A stretch of DNA of 64,000 nt from Chloroflexota bacterium (GCA_027593235.1 JAQCIU010000014.1:12581-76580); one strand, 5' to 3'. Shown: positions 51,001 through 60,532, numbered from the stretch's first letter. A program made the numbers and translations. Notes: a model not told the origin generated them from the letters alone.

Positions 51001-51348
51001 GGCGGTGGTGAGATGTGCCAGCGCGTCCGGCGTCGCCTTGAGGAAGGCCGCTGCCATCAGCGAGGACTCGGTCGCCAGTCCGGTCGCCAGCGCGAGCCAG
51101 TGCTCTAGCTCCTCGAAGCTGAGGCGCGCGGCGACCTGCGGGCTGGCGCGGAAGTACTCCGCCGACGCCTCCCACGAGCGCAGCGAGTGGTTGGCGAGCG
51201 CAACGCCCGCCTTTGCCCAGCGATCGAGCTGCGCCTCATCGAAGCGCGACTCCAGACCGGCGAGACCCGTTGCGAGGTCATCCGGCAACGAAGCGCCGAA
51301 GCCCTTGAGCTCGTTGGCATACCGGTCCTGGAGCTGGGCGATCGTCAC
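48037..51348 (-). CDS. CbbO/NorD-family VWA protein with long helical-repeat N-terminus
   Basis: YDEWDF..YRP.WC, MIDAS LLDMSAST, STRMGPAIRH, SDGRP.D; 2 nt downstream of the AAA gene. Confidence 0.85.
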   Translation of the reverse strand: MTIAQLQDRYANELKGFGASLPDDLATGLAGLESRFDEAQLDRWAKAGVALANHSLRSWEASAEYFRASPQVAARLSFEELEHWLALATGLATESSLMAAAFLKATPDALAHLTTAELDTWSQQGGRLCRGNWKSIALAGLYFQHSPRLLGSLPLASVGRLVDIIDQLTERSYELANSVLEGAGEIFEHLAAADREPFLAFARAVTRASWADTRLYFERGPKLIEGVAADQRGAFLDLASRVTMDVGRQGFPLFADAAQSLTQVEAEDHGALLAFASSVAPGSSTAAMEYLKSAPFVRSRLTAEQMGRWAETGIEILKQGNAEGAEAYFRLESTRAEEMLRALSARVELPAVSSMLRLYAKALSGEQVAVLSSEELVDRNIGWMSESAPTTEGTTIYLPPFVSSFPEQASNFQVYKVYTTHQTGRLEFGSFGYRWGEQGPLTPSTVVDREQRRAAALAERGIDATEAAAATEATEAGEVAPVERLASTAMQRYFNMFSDRLLISGLFTIAEDTRVDAFVSREYGGIRAWLARLQSIESERRPEVRAMGLRQAFVENLLRASLGRPDTVRWPLTMQDTLAQALAALKIAEQPGATVQDTAEVAAALYDIAMRIPNLPQDAIEADWLAPDEDMISIAPDMPGGGEGGDAPMPSGEEMAFQNPEQPEFRGDFKPELVQLMMKLKDQQGGQQDGTASPLTKEQLMELLQNSVEITISEWAEGDLASSLGMFLDNLEKDSATPASEKKGEDGESGDEPGGGEGADDEELKVEVEWHYYDEWDFRASDYRPRWCRVGERLGDEGDTEYYEEILRKHHGLVMETRRQFELMRPESFRKMRRLEDGHEIDLDEAISFHIDKKAGVGPLARVYSRRNKIERDVAVAFLLDMSASTDEEIEKQRQKYEEEEEDFQGDPSKYFQWLAQRRAKQAIEPPKRIIDLEKESTVLVVEALEAIGDAYGIYGFSGYGRDNVEFHVIKDLDEEFSDRVRKRIDKIDPVRSTRMGPAIRHATHKLDQYDAKVKILIMVSDGRPQDHGYGRDRTEKEYAVHDTKQALNEAKRIGVTPFLITVDKEGHDYLKQMCDDIGYEVVDNIESLPRRLPTLYRHLAAD

Positions 51349-51350
51349 GG

Positions 51351-52217
51351 CTACTCCTCGAAAATCGAGGTCACGACCTCTTCGATTGAGCGCTGGACCT
51401 CCAGGTCGTCGGTCAGTGCCCAGGTCACGGCGACCTGACAGGCGCGGCGCGGGGTGATCCCCTGGTGCACCAGCTTGCCCGCGTAGACCAGCAGACGGGT
51501 CGAGACGCCCTCGCCCAGTCCGTGCTCTTTCAGGTTCCGCACCTTCTCGGCCAACTTCGCCAGATCGACAGCCACCTCGTGGGCGACGCCGGACTCGCGC
51601 TCGATGATCGCGGTTTCCTGTTCGCGGCTCGGGTAGCCGAATTCGATCGCGATGAAGCGCTGGCGCGTGGAGTGCTTGAGGTCTTTCAGCGCCGACTGGT
51701 AGCCGGGGTTGTAGGACATGACGAGCAGGAAGCCATCGGCGGCCTCCATCAGCTCACCGCGCTTCTCCACCGGCAGCAGCCGGCGGTAGTCGGTAAGCGG
51801 GTGAATCAGGACCGTCGTGTCCTTGCGGGCCTCGACGACCTCGTCCAGGTAGCAGAGCGCGCCAACCTTGACGGCGCGGGAGACCGGACCGTCGATCCAG
51901 CGCGTCTCGTCGCCCTCAAGGAGGTAGCGACCGACCAGGTCGGACGCCGTCAGGTCCTCGTGGCAGGCCACGGTGATCAGCGGAACGCCCTCTTGCGACG
52001 GCTCACCCAGGTGCTGGTGCAGACGCCACGACATGTACTCGATGAAGCGGGTCTTGCCGACGCCCGTCGGGCCTTTCAGCAGGACTGGAACCTTCTGCTC
52101 GTACGCGGCGAGGAAGAGCTCCACCTCATCCGAGATCGGGAGGTAGTACGGCTCTTCGGTAATTCGGAAATCTTCAACCGCGATCTGTTGAAAGTTCGCT
52201 CGTTCTCGCGTGGTCAA
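51351..52217 (-). CDS. CbbQ/NorQ/NirQ-family AAA+ ATPase
   Basis: [54 protein letters not shown]. Confidence 0.92.
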   Translation of the reverse strand: MTTRERANFQQIAVEDFRITEEPYYLPISDEVELFLAAYEQKVPVLLKGPTGVGKTRFIEYMSWRLHQHLGEPSQEGVPLITVACHEDLTASDLVGRYLLEGDETRWIDGPVSRAVKVGALCYLDEVVEARKDTTVLIHPLTDYRRLLPVEKRGELMEAADGFLLVMSYNPGYQSALKDLKHSTRQRFIAIEFGYPSREQETAIIERESGVAHEVAVDLAKLAEKVRNLKEHGLGEGVSTRLLVYAGKLVHQGITPRRACQVAVTWALTDDLEVQRSIEEVVTSIFEE

Positions 52218-52279
52218 GGACGCCCCCGCACTCTGTTCGTCGCCGGGGTGGTCGATTCCGCCCGCCCGAGGACATCTGC

Positions 52280-52903
52280 TTATGACTTGGTCGGCTCGGC
52301 GATCCGCTTCAACAGCCGCTTCCAGTGGTACTGGACCCGACTCTTCAGCTTCTCTTCGTCTTCCGAGTTGTCGAACTTCACGTCCGCGAACTCTTGCCGT
52401 TGACGATTCGACATCTGCGATTCGATCCGGGCAAGCGCTTGTTCGCGGCTGTACCCGTTGCGCGTCTTGAGGCGATCAATCGCGAGGTCCTGCTTGGTGG
52501 TGACCACCCAGACCTCGTCGACCAGATCCTGCCAGCCCGCTTCGAGCATCACTGCCGCTTCGAAGACGATGACCGCGTCCGGATCCTTCTTCTTGATCGC
52601 CGCGAATTCCTGGACCGCGATCTCGCGGATCGCCGGCCACATCACGCCGTTCAGTCGATCCATCTCTTCGGGGGCGCCGAACACCTTGCCGCCGAGGATC
52701 CGGCGATCAATGGTGCCGTCCGCCGCGACGATGTCGTGCCCGAAGGCGTTGACGACCTTTTCGAACCCGGATGATCCCGGCTCGTAGACGCGGTGGCCGA
52801 GGCGATCACCCTCGACAACTTCGGCGCCCAGATCCCGTAGCAACTCGGCCACGGTCGACTTTCCCGAGGCAATCCCGCCGGTCAGCCCGATAGTCGTCGC
52901 CAT
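52280..52903 (-). CDS. coaE: dephospho-CoA kinase
   Basis: [24 protein letters not shown]. Confidence 0.93.
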   Translation of the reverse strand: MATTIGLTGGIASGKSTVAELLRDLGAEVVEGDRLGHRVYEPGSSGFEKVVNAFGHDIVAADGTIDRRILGGKVFGAPEEMDRLNGVMWPAIREIAVQEFAAIKKKDPDAVIVFEAAVMLEAGWQDLVDEVWVVTTKQDLAIDRLKTRNGYSREQALARIESQMSNRQRQEFADVKFDNSEDEEKLKSRVQYHWKRLLKRIAEPTKS

Positions 52904-52934
52904 TATGTCAAAGTCCAGTCATTACGCAGTCAAA

Positions 52935-52985
52935 CTGACGCGAACGCTAATTGTATTTGTACTCACATGCTCGCGCAAACGTCAG
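52935..52985. promoter_or_regulatory. two candidate TGACG-N4-CGTNA operators around an AT-rich core upstream of coaE
   Basis: CTGACG-CGAA-CGCTAA (52935-52950) and CTCGCG-CAAA-CGTCAG (52970-52985). Confidence 0.4.
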
Positions 52986-53085
52986 GTTGGTGGATCGACC
53001 CAGCTACGGACGGATTTGCCCCGAGAACGGAACGGACGGGTGCTGCCACCCGCCCGCGCTCGTTCGATGCGGGGCGGTCCATCCG

Positions 53086-54060
53086 CTAGCTGGCGGCCTT
53101 GAGCGCTTCGATCAGCGCCGGTACCACCTGCTTGTAATCGCCGACAATTCCGTACTTCGCCGCGGAGAAGATGTTGGCGTCCGGGTCCCGGTTCACCGCG
53201 ATAATCATCTTCGATCCGGAGCAGCCCGCCATGTGCTGACTGGCGCCGGAGATGGCGATCGCGACGTAGAGGTCCGGGGTCACCACCTTGCCGGTGAGGC
53301 CCACCTGCTGGCTAACCGGGTACCACCCGAGGTCGCACGCGGCGCGCGAGGCACCGACAGCGGCACGGTTGGTGCCAAACGCGGCGGCCAGCGCCTCGAC
53401 GACCTCGAAGCCCTCGGGACCACCGAGGCCACGGCCGCCGGAAACGACGATCGGCGCGTCGGTGATCTGGAGGCCACTGGCCTCGGCGAGTTCGCGACCG
53501 ACGATCGTCGTGCGGGACGCGGCCGGCGCACCCAGGTCGACCGTCTCGCCGGACGCACCGGCGCGCGGCGCGATCGGATCGAAGGCCTTGGCACGGATCG
53601 TCGCGACAGCGGGGCTGGTCGCGAAGCCGTACGTGGCGCGGGCATTACCGCCGTAGCACGGGCGGGTCGCCTTCAGGGCGCCGCCGTCGTCGGTGACGTC
53701 CACACAGTCCATGGCGACCGCGCTACCGAGACGTGCGGCGATCCGCGGCCCCATGTCGCGACCGACCACGCTCTGTGCGATGAAGACCGCTTCGGCGCTG
53801 GCCTGACCGACGGCGTTCTCCACCGCGCTCACCCAGCTATCCGAGTTGTAGTTGTCGTAGCCGGCGTCGTCGCCGGTAAAGGCGCGGTCGGCACCGGCCT
53901 CGAATGCCGCTGCGGCGGCGCCAGCGGCGCCGCTGCCCAGCAGCGTGACGGAAACCTGGCCACCGTCGGCGAGACGGGTGGCCTGACCGATCAGCTCTGC
54001 AGTCGTGGAACTCACCGCACCGGCGTCGAGCTCACCAACGACGAGAATATTACGTGCCAT
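53086..54060 (-). CDS. etfA: electron transfer flavoprotein alpha subunit
   Basis: VSGGRG, GASRAA.D, QVGLTGKVV.P.LY.A.AISGASQH. Confidence 0.95.
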   Translation of the reverse strand: MARNILVVGELDAGAVSSTTAELIGQATRLADGGQVSVTLLGSGAAGAAAAAFEAGADRAFTGDDAGYDNYNSDSWVSAVENAVGQASAEAVFIAQSVVGRDMGPRIAARLGSAVAMDCVDVTDDGGALKATRPCYGGNARATYGFATSPAVATIRAKAFDPIAPRAGASGETVDLGAPAASRTTIVGRELAEASGLQITDAPIVVSGGRGLGGPEGFEVVEALAAAFGTNRAAVGASRAACDLGWYPVSQQVGLTGKVVTPDLYVAIAISGASQHMAGCSGSKMIIAVNRDPDANIFSAAKYGIVGDYKQVVPALIEALKAAS

Positions 54061-54088
54061 CGTCGATCCCTCCTCAGGGAGTGCTGGT

Positions 54089-54895
54089 CTAGAGGACCTT
54101 GTCTGCCTGGAGCTTCGCGACAAGGTTGCGCGCCTGCTCCGCCGGGTTGTCGCCTACGATCAGCTCGACCATGCCGCCGGCCTCGGGGATGAACAGCCGC
54201 TCGAGCTTGAGGCGCGAACCGGCCGCACCCACCTCGGAGGGGTCAAGCCCCAGGTCGGCGTGGGTCTGCGTGGTGACGGTCTTCTTCGCCGCCTGCATGA
54301 TCTGCTGCAGCTTCGGGTAACGCGGCTCGCCAAACTCGTTGGAGACGGTCACCACCGCCGGCAGCGCCTGGGCGACGGTCTCGTAGCCGTCCGCCAGCAC
54401 GCGCGTCGTGGTCATCGTGCTATCAGCGATCTGGACGTCCTTCGCGAGGATCGCCACCGGCCAGCCGAGTTCCTCGGCGATCAGCAGGCCAACCTGGCCC
54501 ATGTCCCAGTCGGCGGACTGACGGCCGCAGAAGACCGCGTCCACGTCGCCCAGGTTCTTGATCGCCGCGGCCAGCACCTTGGCCGTGGTGTGCGAGTCGC
54601 CACCGTCGAAGGCCGCGTCCTGGAGCAGCACACCCTCGTCGGCGCCCATCGCAAGCACCTGCTTGATCGCCGCCTGAGCGCTCTCAGCGCCCATCGACAG
54701 CACGGTGATCTTGGCGTCGCCGCCGGCGGATTCCTTGATCCGCAAGGCCGCTTCGGCGGCGATGCCGTCGAACTGGCTCAGTACGGGCTGGAAGCCCTGA
54801 GCGGGGACCACCTTGTTGGTCGCGGCGTCGATCTTGAACGCCGAGGGCGGGGTTTCGGGGTCAGGGATCTGCTTCGCGCAGACAACGAAATGCAT
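54089..54895 (-). CDS. etfB: electron transfer flavoprotein beta subunit
   Basis: CAKQIPD, AMGAD, CGRQSAD.D.GQVG, EPRYP. Confidence 0.95.
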   Translation of the reverse strand: MHFVVCAKQIPDPETPPSAFKIDAATNKVVPAQGFQPVLSQFDGIAAEAALRIKESAGGDAKITVLSMGAESAQAAIKQVLAMGADEGVLLQDAAFDGGDSHTTAKVLAAAIKNLGDVDAVFCGRQSADWDMGQVGLLIAEELGWPVAILAKDVQIADSTMTTTRVLADGYETVAQALPAVVTVSNEFGEPRYPKLQQIMQAAKKTVTTQTHADLGLDPSEVGAAGSRLKLERLFIPEAGGMVELIVGDNPAEQARNLVAKLQADKVL

Positions 54896-55135
54896 CGCTT
54901 CCTCACTTCTCCATGCGCTGACAGCGCTTGTTCTTCCTGGACGCGCCGACCGCGCTCGCACCTGCTGGATGCCTGCGGCGCTGCCAGCGTTCGTACTCCC
55001 GAGGATCATCGCCCTCGTCGCGAGGCGGCGCGTTGGGGTACGTGCCGCCCTTGTCTCGTATCCCCGTCACGCCATGCGAGCAAGGCGTAACACCCGGCCC
55101 CCGCCGGATCACGATGACGCTCGTGTTCGTGGCGC

Positions 55136-57337
55136 TTACGCGTCACCCTCGGTGGAAGCTGCGACCGGCGCAGCCCCCTGCGGTCCGAACACCGATTGCT
55201 CGAGCAGCTCCGCCACGTCGAACGGGCGGATCCGCCCTTCCTCCTCGGGGTGCATCGCGGGCACCCCGTCTTCGAACATCTGGATACAGAACGGGCAGTT
55301 GGAGATCACCTGATCCGCGCCGGTCGCAATCGCTTCCTCGCTACGGATGTGGTTGACGCGTCGTTCGCCAACCTCTTCCTGCCACATGTTGCCGCCACCG
55401 GCGCCGCAACAGAGACCCTTGCTCTTGCTGCGTCGCATCTCGGTCACCTTGGCGCCGGGTACGAACTCCAGGATCTGGCGCGGCGCGTCGTAGACGCCAT
55501 TGATCCGACCGAGGTAGCAGGAGTCGTGATAGGTCACATCAGCCTGCACCTGATGCGTCGCCTTCAGCGAACCGTCGACGAGCCGCGCGTTGAGGAACTC
55601 CGTGTGGTGCAGCACCTCGAAGTGACCGTCGAACTGCGGATACTCGTTCTTGAACGTGTTGAAGCAGTGCGGGCAGTTGGTGATCACGCGCTGGACGTTC
55701 TTTTCCTTGAACGTCTCGATCAGCTGCTGCGCGAGGATCTGGAAGAGGTACTCGTTGCCCAGGCGCCGCGCCGGGTCGCCGTTGCAGGTCTCTTCCTGGC
55801 CAAGCACGCCGAACGAAGAGCCGGCCTCGCGGAGCAGCTTGAAGACCGCCTGCGTGATCGGCAGGTTCCGCTCCACCAGCGATCCGGAGCAGCCGACCCA
55901 GTAGAGGTACTCCTGGCTGCCATCGAACATCGGCACGTCGCCGAGTCCTTCCATCCAGGTGGTGCGCTCCAGCGCCGTTCCGCTCCAGGGGTGCCCACGC
56001 ATCTCCATGTTCTGGAGTGCGTTCTGGGCGGTCTGCGGCAGCCGTGCCTCGTCCATCACGAGGTAGCGCCGCATGTCGACGATCGTCGGCACGTGCTCGA
56101 TCATGACCGGGCATTCCTGGATGCAGGCGCCGCAGGTGCGGCAGGCCCAGAGCGTCTCGTCCTTGATCACGTCACCGACCATCGCCACGGGCGAGACGGC
56201 ACGCTGATCCTCGCCAACGTTGCCGGCGTGCTGGAGCGCCGGGCCGACCTGCGCCAGGTGCCCCTTGAGGTCCTGGATCAGGTGCATCGGCGAGAGCGGC
56301 TGGCCCGCGAGGTTGGCCGGGCACACCTCCGTGCAGCGTCCGCAGCGAACGCAGGCGTCCAGCTCGAAGAGCTGCTTCCAGGTGAAGTCCTGGATCTGGC
56401 CGACGCCAAACACCTCGCGCTCCTCGATGTTCGGGATCGGCGAGAGGCGGCCGGGCGAATCGGTGCGCAGGAAGAAGGCGTTGATCGGCGCGAAGAACAT
56501 GTGGTCGAGGCGTGTGAAGACGATCAAGCCGAGCCACGAGAAGGCGATGCTGATGTGCAGCCACCAGCTCCACTGGTGCGCGGAGAGGATCTGCCCCTCA
56601 TCGAACGCGAAGATGCGTACGAATTTGGCGATGCCGAAGGAGACAAACGACCAGGGCGCCCAGTCCGGGTTCTGCGTCAGCTCGCTGACCTCGATGCGGA
56701 ACGCCTCGACAAGGAAGCCCGTGAGCAGCACGAGTCCGAGGCCGACGATGATCAGGTGATCCTCGACGCGCTCGTCCCAGCGGATGCGGTGGAAATCGGA
56801 GAAGTAGCGGCGGCTCAGCGCCATCCCGACGCCAACGAGGCCGATCAGGCCGAACAGGTCGCCGTAGAAGGAGAAGAAGAGGTAGTAGCGGCCCTCGAGG
56901 AAGTTGAGCGGCGTGTCATCCTCGATCGCGACCTGGGCGGTGACGATCGTCAGCACCAGGATCGACGAGAAGATGCACCAGTGCATGACCCCGGCGTAGC
57001 GATCGCGCCGGACCTTGTCCTGCGCCAGGCCGAGCCGTCCCACGTTCATCAGGCGCGTGCGCAACTGCGCGAGCATGCTCTCTTGCGTCGGCTGGCCCAG
57101 CCGCCAGAGCGTGGCGTGGCGAACGAAGCCGTAGGTCAGCAGGCCGACCAGCGCGGACATTAAGACGTAGACCGCCCACGGGTGTGCCGCATTGAAGAAC
57201 GATTCGCGCCCGGCGCCCTCGGTCGACCCGAGTTGCAGTGCGAGCCAGACGCCGACCCCAGAGAGGCCCAGCGCCGGTAACCACCACGCACCAACGAGAC
57301 GAGCGGGCTTGCCGCGCGTTGCCGCCTGTCCCGCCAT
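55136..57337 (-). CDS. membrane Fe-S oxidoreductase (FadF / ETF:quinone oxidoreductase type: cytochrome b-like TM domain, 2x[4Fe-4S], CCG domains)
   Basis: TM domain with His residues, CVRCGRC..CP, CRTCGAC..CP, WVGC, CPHC, HDSCYLGR, CCGAGGG; directly upstream of etfBA. Confidence 0.88.
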   Translation of the reverse strand: MAGQAATRGKPARLVGAWWLPALGLSGVGVWLALQLGSTEGAGRESFFNAAHPWAVYVLMSALVGLLTYGFVRHATLWRLGQPTQESMLAQLRTRLMNVGRLGLAQDKVRRDRYAGVMHWCIFSSILVLTIVTAQVAIEDDTPLNFLEGRYYLFFSFYGDLFGLIGLVGVGMALSRRYFSDFHRIRWDERVEDHLIIVGLGLVLLTGFLVEAFRIEVSELTQNPDWAPWSFVSFGIAKFVRIFAFDEGQILSAHQWSWWLHISIAFSWLGLIVFTRLDHMFFAPINAFFLRTDSPGRLSPIPNIEEREVFGVGQIQDFTWKQLFELDACVRCGRCTEVCPANLAGQPLSPMHLIQDLKGHLAQVGPALQHAGNVGEDQRAVSPVAMVGDVIKDETLWACRTCGACIQECPVMIEHVPTIVDMRRYLVMDEARLPQTAQNALQNMEMRGHPWSGTALERTTWMEGLGDVPMFDGSQEYLYWVGCSGSLVERNLPITQAVFKLLREAGSSFGVLGQEETCNGDPARRLGNEYLFQILAQQLIETFKEKNVQRVITNCPHCFNTFKNEYPQFDGHFEVLHHTEFLNARLVDGSLKATHQVQADVTYHDSCYLGRINGVYDAPRQILEFVPGAKVTEMRRSKSKGLCCGAGGGNMWQEEVGERRVNHIRSEEAIATGADQVISNCPFCIQMFEDGVPAMHPEEEGRIRPFDVAELLEQSVFGPQGAAPVAASTEGDA

Positions 57338-57396
57338 GCAGTCTCCGCTCGTTCGTAACCGGGATCAGTGCGCGATGCTACGACACCGCGGCGCTG

Positions 57397-58980
57397 CTAG
57401 ACACTCGTTCCCGCGGTCGGCTGTCCGTAGAGGTCACGCAGTTCTGTCTTCAGAATCTTGCCCAGGTGGTTCCGAGGCAGCTCATCCACCCACTGGTAGA
57501 GGGCCGGCGCCTTGTACGAGGCCAGTCGCGACTTCACGTAATCGGTCAGGTCATCCTCGGAGGGGACTTCCTCCTTGGGGCCGGCGACGATGATCGCCTT
57601 GACCACTTCACCCCAGTCGTTGTCCGGGACGCCGATCACGGCCGCCTCGGCGATACCGGGGTGATCCTCGAGGACGTTTTCGATCTCCGCCGTGGAGATG
57701 TTCTCGCCGCCGCGGATAATCATGTCCTTGATGCGGCCGGTGATGAACAGGTAGCCATCCTCGTCGATTCGTCCGACGTCGCCGGTGTGCAACCAGCCGT
57801 CATGAATCGCCGAAGCGGTGTCCGCCTCGCGCTTGTTGTAGCCCTTCATCACGCGGTCGCCCTTGATGCAGATCTCGCCCTCGTCGTCGCCGCTGAGGCG
57901 GCGTCCGTCCGGCGCGAGGATCGCGACATCCACGTCCGGCATGGTCTTGCCGACGGAGCGGAGTCGCAAGAGCTTCTTATCGTTCTTCTCCGGCGTGCCG
58001 TTGAGGTGGTGGTCGTCCGGGCCCAGGTACGTCAGCGAACCGGTCGCCTCGGTCTGTCCGTACGCGTTGAGCAGGCCGATGCCGCGCGGCGGGAAGATCT
58101 CCACCGCGGCACGCACCACGTCGTAGGGCATGGGAGCGGCGCCGTAGGTGATGAGCTGCAGCGTCTTCAGGCTGTACTTGCCGAAGTCTTCGTACTCCAT
58201 CGTGCGCTTGAGCATCGTCGGCACGACGAAGGCGTGGGTGACGCCTTCCGCGTCCACCGCATCCAGCCAGGCCTCCGGCGTGAACTGCGGAAGGACCACC
58301 AGGCGGCGACCGGAGAACACGGCGCTCATGATGGTCGTCGCCCCGGCGATGTGGAAGAACGGGGCGGAAACCAGCACGACTTCCTGCTCCGATCCGGGAT
58401 CGGCGGGCGCCTGGGTGTTGACGACCAGCGCGGTCAGTGCCTGGTAGGACAGCACCACGCCCTTCGGCAGCGACGTCGTGCCGGACGTGTAGATGAGCAG
58501 CGTCGGGTCGGAGTCGTCGATCTCGGTGTAGACCGGGATGTCCTCGTTCGCGTCGATCAGCGCCTGGTAGTTGGCGCCGCCATTCGGCGTGAAATCGAGG
58601 CCGATCACCTGGCGAACGCCGGGGATCGAATCCTTGATCTGCTCGTAGATCGGCCAGTAGCGCTCGCCAATGAAGAGCACGCTGACGTCAGCCTCGTTGA
58701 CCATGTGGGTCAACTCTTCGGTCTTCGCGCGGAAGTTGAGCGGGACCATCGTCGCGCCCACGCTGGCGGTCGCGTAGTAGACCTCGACGAAGGCGGGGCT
58801 GTTGACCGCCATCACGCCGACGTTCTGGCCTTTGGCCACGCCCAGTGTCTGGAGGGCGTTGGCTAGTCGGTTTGCGGTGCTCTGGAGTTCCGCGTAGGTC
58901 GTCCGCTGGCCATCGCCAACGATCGCCGTCCGGTCAGGGACAATCGCTGCGGAAATCGTCAAGAACTCGGCGGTGTTCAT
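57397..58980 (-). CDS. acyl-CoA synthetase (long-chain fatty acid-CoA ligase family)
   Basis: YTSGTTSLPKG, YGQTE, HTGD, GRIKDMIIRGGEN, LPRN..GK. Confidence 0.92.
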   Translation of the reverse strand: MNTAEFLTISAAIVPDRTAIVGDGQRTTYAELQSTANRLANALQTLGVAKGQNVGVMAVNSPAFVEVYYATASVGATMVPLNFRAKTEELTHMVNEADVSVLFIGERYWPIYEQIKDSIPGVRQVIGLDFTPNGGANYQALIDANEDIPVYTEIDDSDPTLLIYTSGTTSLPKGVVLSYQALTALVVNTQAPADPGSEQEVVLVSAPFFHIAGATTIMSAVFSGRRLVVLPQFTPEAWLDAVDAEGVTHAFVVPTMLKRTMEYEDFGKYSLKTLQLITYGAAPMPYDVVRAAVEIFPPRGIGLLNAYGQTEATGSLTYLGPDDHHLNGTPEKNDKKLLRLRSVGKTMPDVDVAILAPDGRRLSGDDEGEICIKGDRVMKGYNKREADTASAIHDGWLHTGDVGRIDEDGYLFITGRIKDMIIRGGENISTAEIENVLEDHPGIAEAAVIGVPDNDWGEVVKAIIVAGPKEEVPSEDDLTDYVKSRLASYKAPALYQWVDELPRNHLGKILKTELRDLYGQPTAGTSV

Positions 58981-59091
58981 CCGTCATCCTCCCCCGCAAG
59001 CCAGCGCCATCACGGTTTCCCGCGGTCGGCAGCGCCAACCCTGCCCCCAGAACGCAGCAGTCATACCGCGTTCCGAGGCAAGCGGCAAAAC

Positions 59092-59107
59092 CTGACGTGC
59101 GCGTTCA
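59092..59107. promoter_or_regulatory. candidate TGACG-N4-CGTNA operator upstream of the ligase-fadF-etfBA genes
   Basis: CTGACG-TGCG-CGTTCA. Confidence 0.4.
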
Positions 59108-59204
59108 AATCGCATCCGAGCGCACATGATGGCGACATTCGCGACTGTTCGCGAGTCCGCCGAGGCCGCCCAAACCCACGCAAGCTCGATCGGGCGCCCC
59201 GGCG

Positions 59205-59738
59205 CTAGTCGCCGCCGACCGTGATTACCTCGACCATCAGGTGCCGAACACCGGCGTCATCGACCTGGAACGAGATCACCGGTGTGCGCAGCGGCTCCTG
59301 AGTGCGCGCAATCGCGTCGCCGGCGATCGACCAGACTGCGCCGGAACAACGATCCTCCAGCACGCCGGTGCGTCCGAACGGATTGCGCGCGACGCCACGT
59401 GGATCGTTCGGCAGGAATTCGACCTTGCACCCGGTCTTCTCGACACGTCCGTCGATCGCGCGGAGGCGCCCGTCCTCGAGGCCCACCACGTAGATGTTTT
59501 GCTCCGCGAAGGCGATCACACCGTCGGCGCGCAGGGTCTCGAGCGCCGCGTCCTCGGTCCCGGTATCGAAGAGCGTCACGTGGATCTGCGGTTCGGCGAT
59601 GAACGCACCCCAGAACACCGCGCCGATACCGATCGCGCTGACCAACAGCAACATCAGCGGCCCGAAGTTCCGCGGAAGCTTGACCCGCCCGAAGCGGCTC
59701 GCGCCCGGAGCAGCCGGCGCCGGCGTTTGCGCGCTCAC
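59205..59738 (-). CDS. membrane-anchored Rieske-like protein lacking Fe-S ligands
   Basis: N-terminal TM, then RAIDGRVEKTGCKV...LEDRCSGAVWSIAG..PL aligns by eye with Rieske boxes I/II. Confidence 0.55.
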   Translation of the reverse strand: MSAQTPAPAAPGASRFGRVKLPRNFGPLMLLLVSAIGIGAVFWGAFIAEPQIHVTLFDTGTEDAALETLRADGVIAFAEQNIYVVGLEDGRLRAIDGRVEKTGCKVEFLPNDPRGVARNPFGRTGVLEDRCSGAVWSIAGDAIARTQEPLRTPVISFQVDDAGVRHLMVEVITVGGD

Positions 59739-60451
59739 GCAACCACCGCCTGACGCGCAGCCAGCCGTCGCTCGAGGGCGATCCCCGCATCGAGGGCGCC
59801 ATCGAGGCCCTCGGTAGTGGCGCGCTTCACGGCGCGCAGCGCGCCCGGCTCGTACGAGGCGAGCAGGTGCGCCAGCCGATCCACCTCGGGCAGCAGCTCG
59901 GCGGGCGGGAGCACGCGGTCGACGAGCCCGAGCGCGTAGGCGCGTTGTGCATCGATCGGTTCACCGGTCGTCGCCATGCGTAGCGCATCGCCGCGCGGGA
60001 TGTGGCGCGGCACCGTCTGGGTGCCGCCGGCGGAGGGGATGTAGCCCAGGGTGACCTCCGGCAGCGCGAACCGCGCCGTGTCATCTGCCAGGCGGATATC
60101 GCAGTACATCGACATCTCCAGGCCTGCGCCGTACGCGAAGCCTCGGATCGCGGCGATCAGTGGGATCTCCAGGCTCGCCATCAACCCCCAGAGATCGCGA
60201 TCGAGCCGGGCGGCGCGCGCCTCGATCACGGAGGGCGCGGTACCAAAGTCGGTGATGTCCGCGCCGGCACTGAAGGCACGGTCGCCCGCCCCCGTCAGCA
60301 CCGCGACCCGGATCGTCGGGTCGTCCCGGATCAGGTTGAGCATCGTCCACAGCTCGTCGCGCATCGCCAGGTGCACGGCGTTGTGCCGTTCCGGGCGGTT
60401 GAGCGTGATCCGCAGGACATCCCCGTCGCGGGAGACCTCCACGAAGCTCAT
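59735..60451 (-). CDS. enoyl-CoA hydratase/isomerase
   Basis: LNRPERHNA, FSAGADI, GAGLE..CDIR, PEV.LG..P..GGTQ. Confidence 0.9.
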   Translation of the reverse strand: MSFVEVSRDGDVLRITLNRPERHNAVHLAMRDELWTMLNLIRDDPTIRVAVLTGAGDRAFSAGADITDFGTAPSVIEARAARLDRDLWGLMASLEIPLIAAIRGFAYGAGLEMSMYCDIRLADDTARFALPEVTLGYIPSAGGTQTVPRHIPRGDALRMATTGEPIDAQRAYALGLVDRVLPPAELLPEVDRLAHLLASYEPGALRAVKRATTEGLDGALDAGIALERRLAARQAVVA

Positions 60452-60532
60452 CGCGTCACCGCGCCCTTCCCGCCGTAGCGGTCACCACCGGCATCCGCCG
60501 GATCGGCGAGGCTGTCCGAGCACCGGACTGCG

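Noticed and set aside
48037-52217. Evidence of Calvin cycle or denitrification from cbbQ/cbbO-like genes
   Set aside because: No rbcL/rbcS or norCB in the window; family membership alone does not identify the client.
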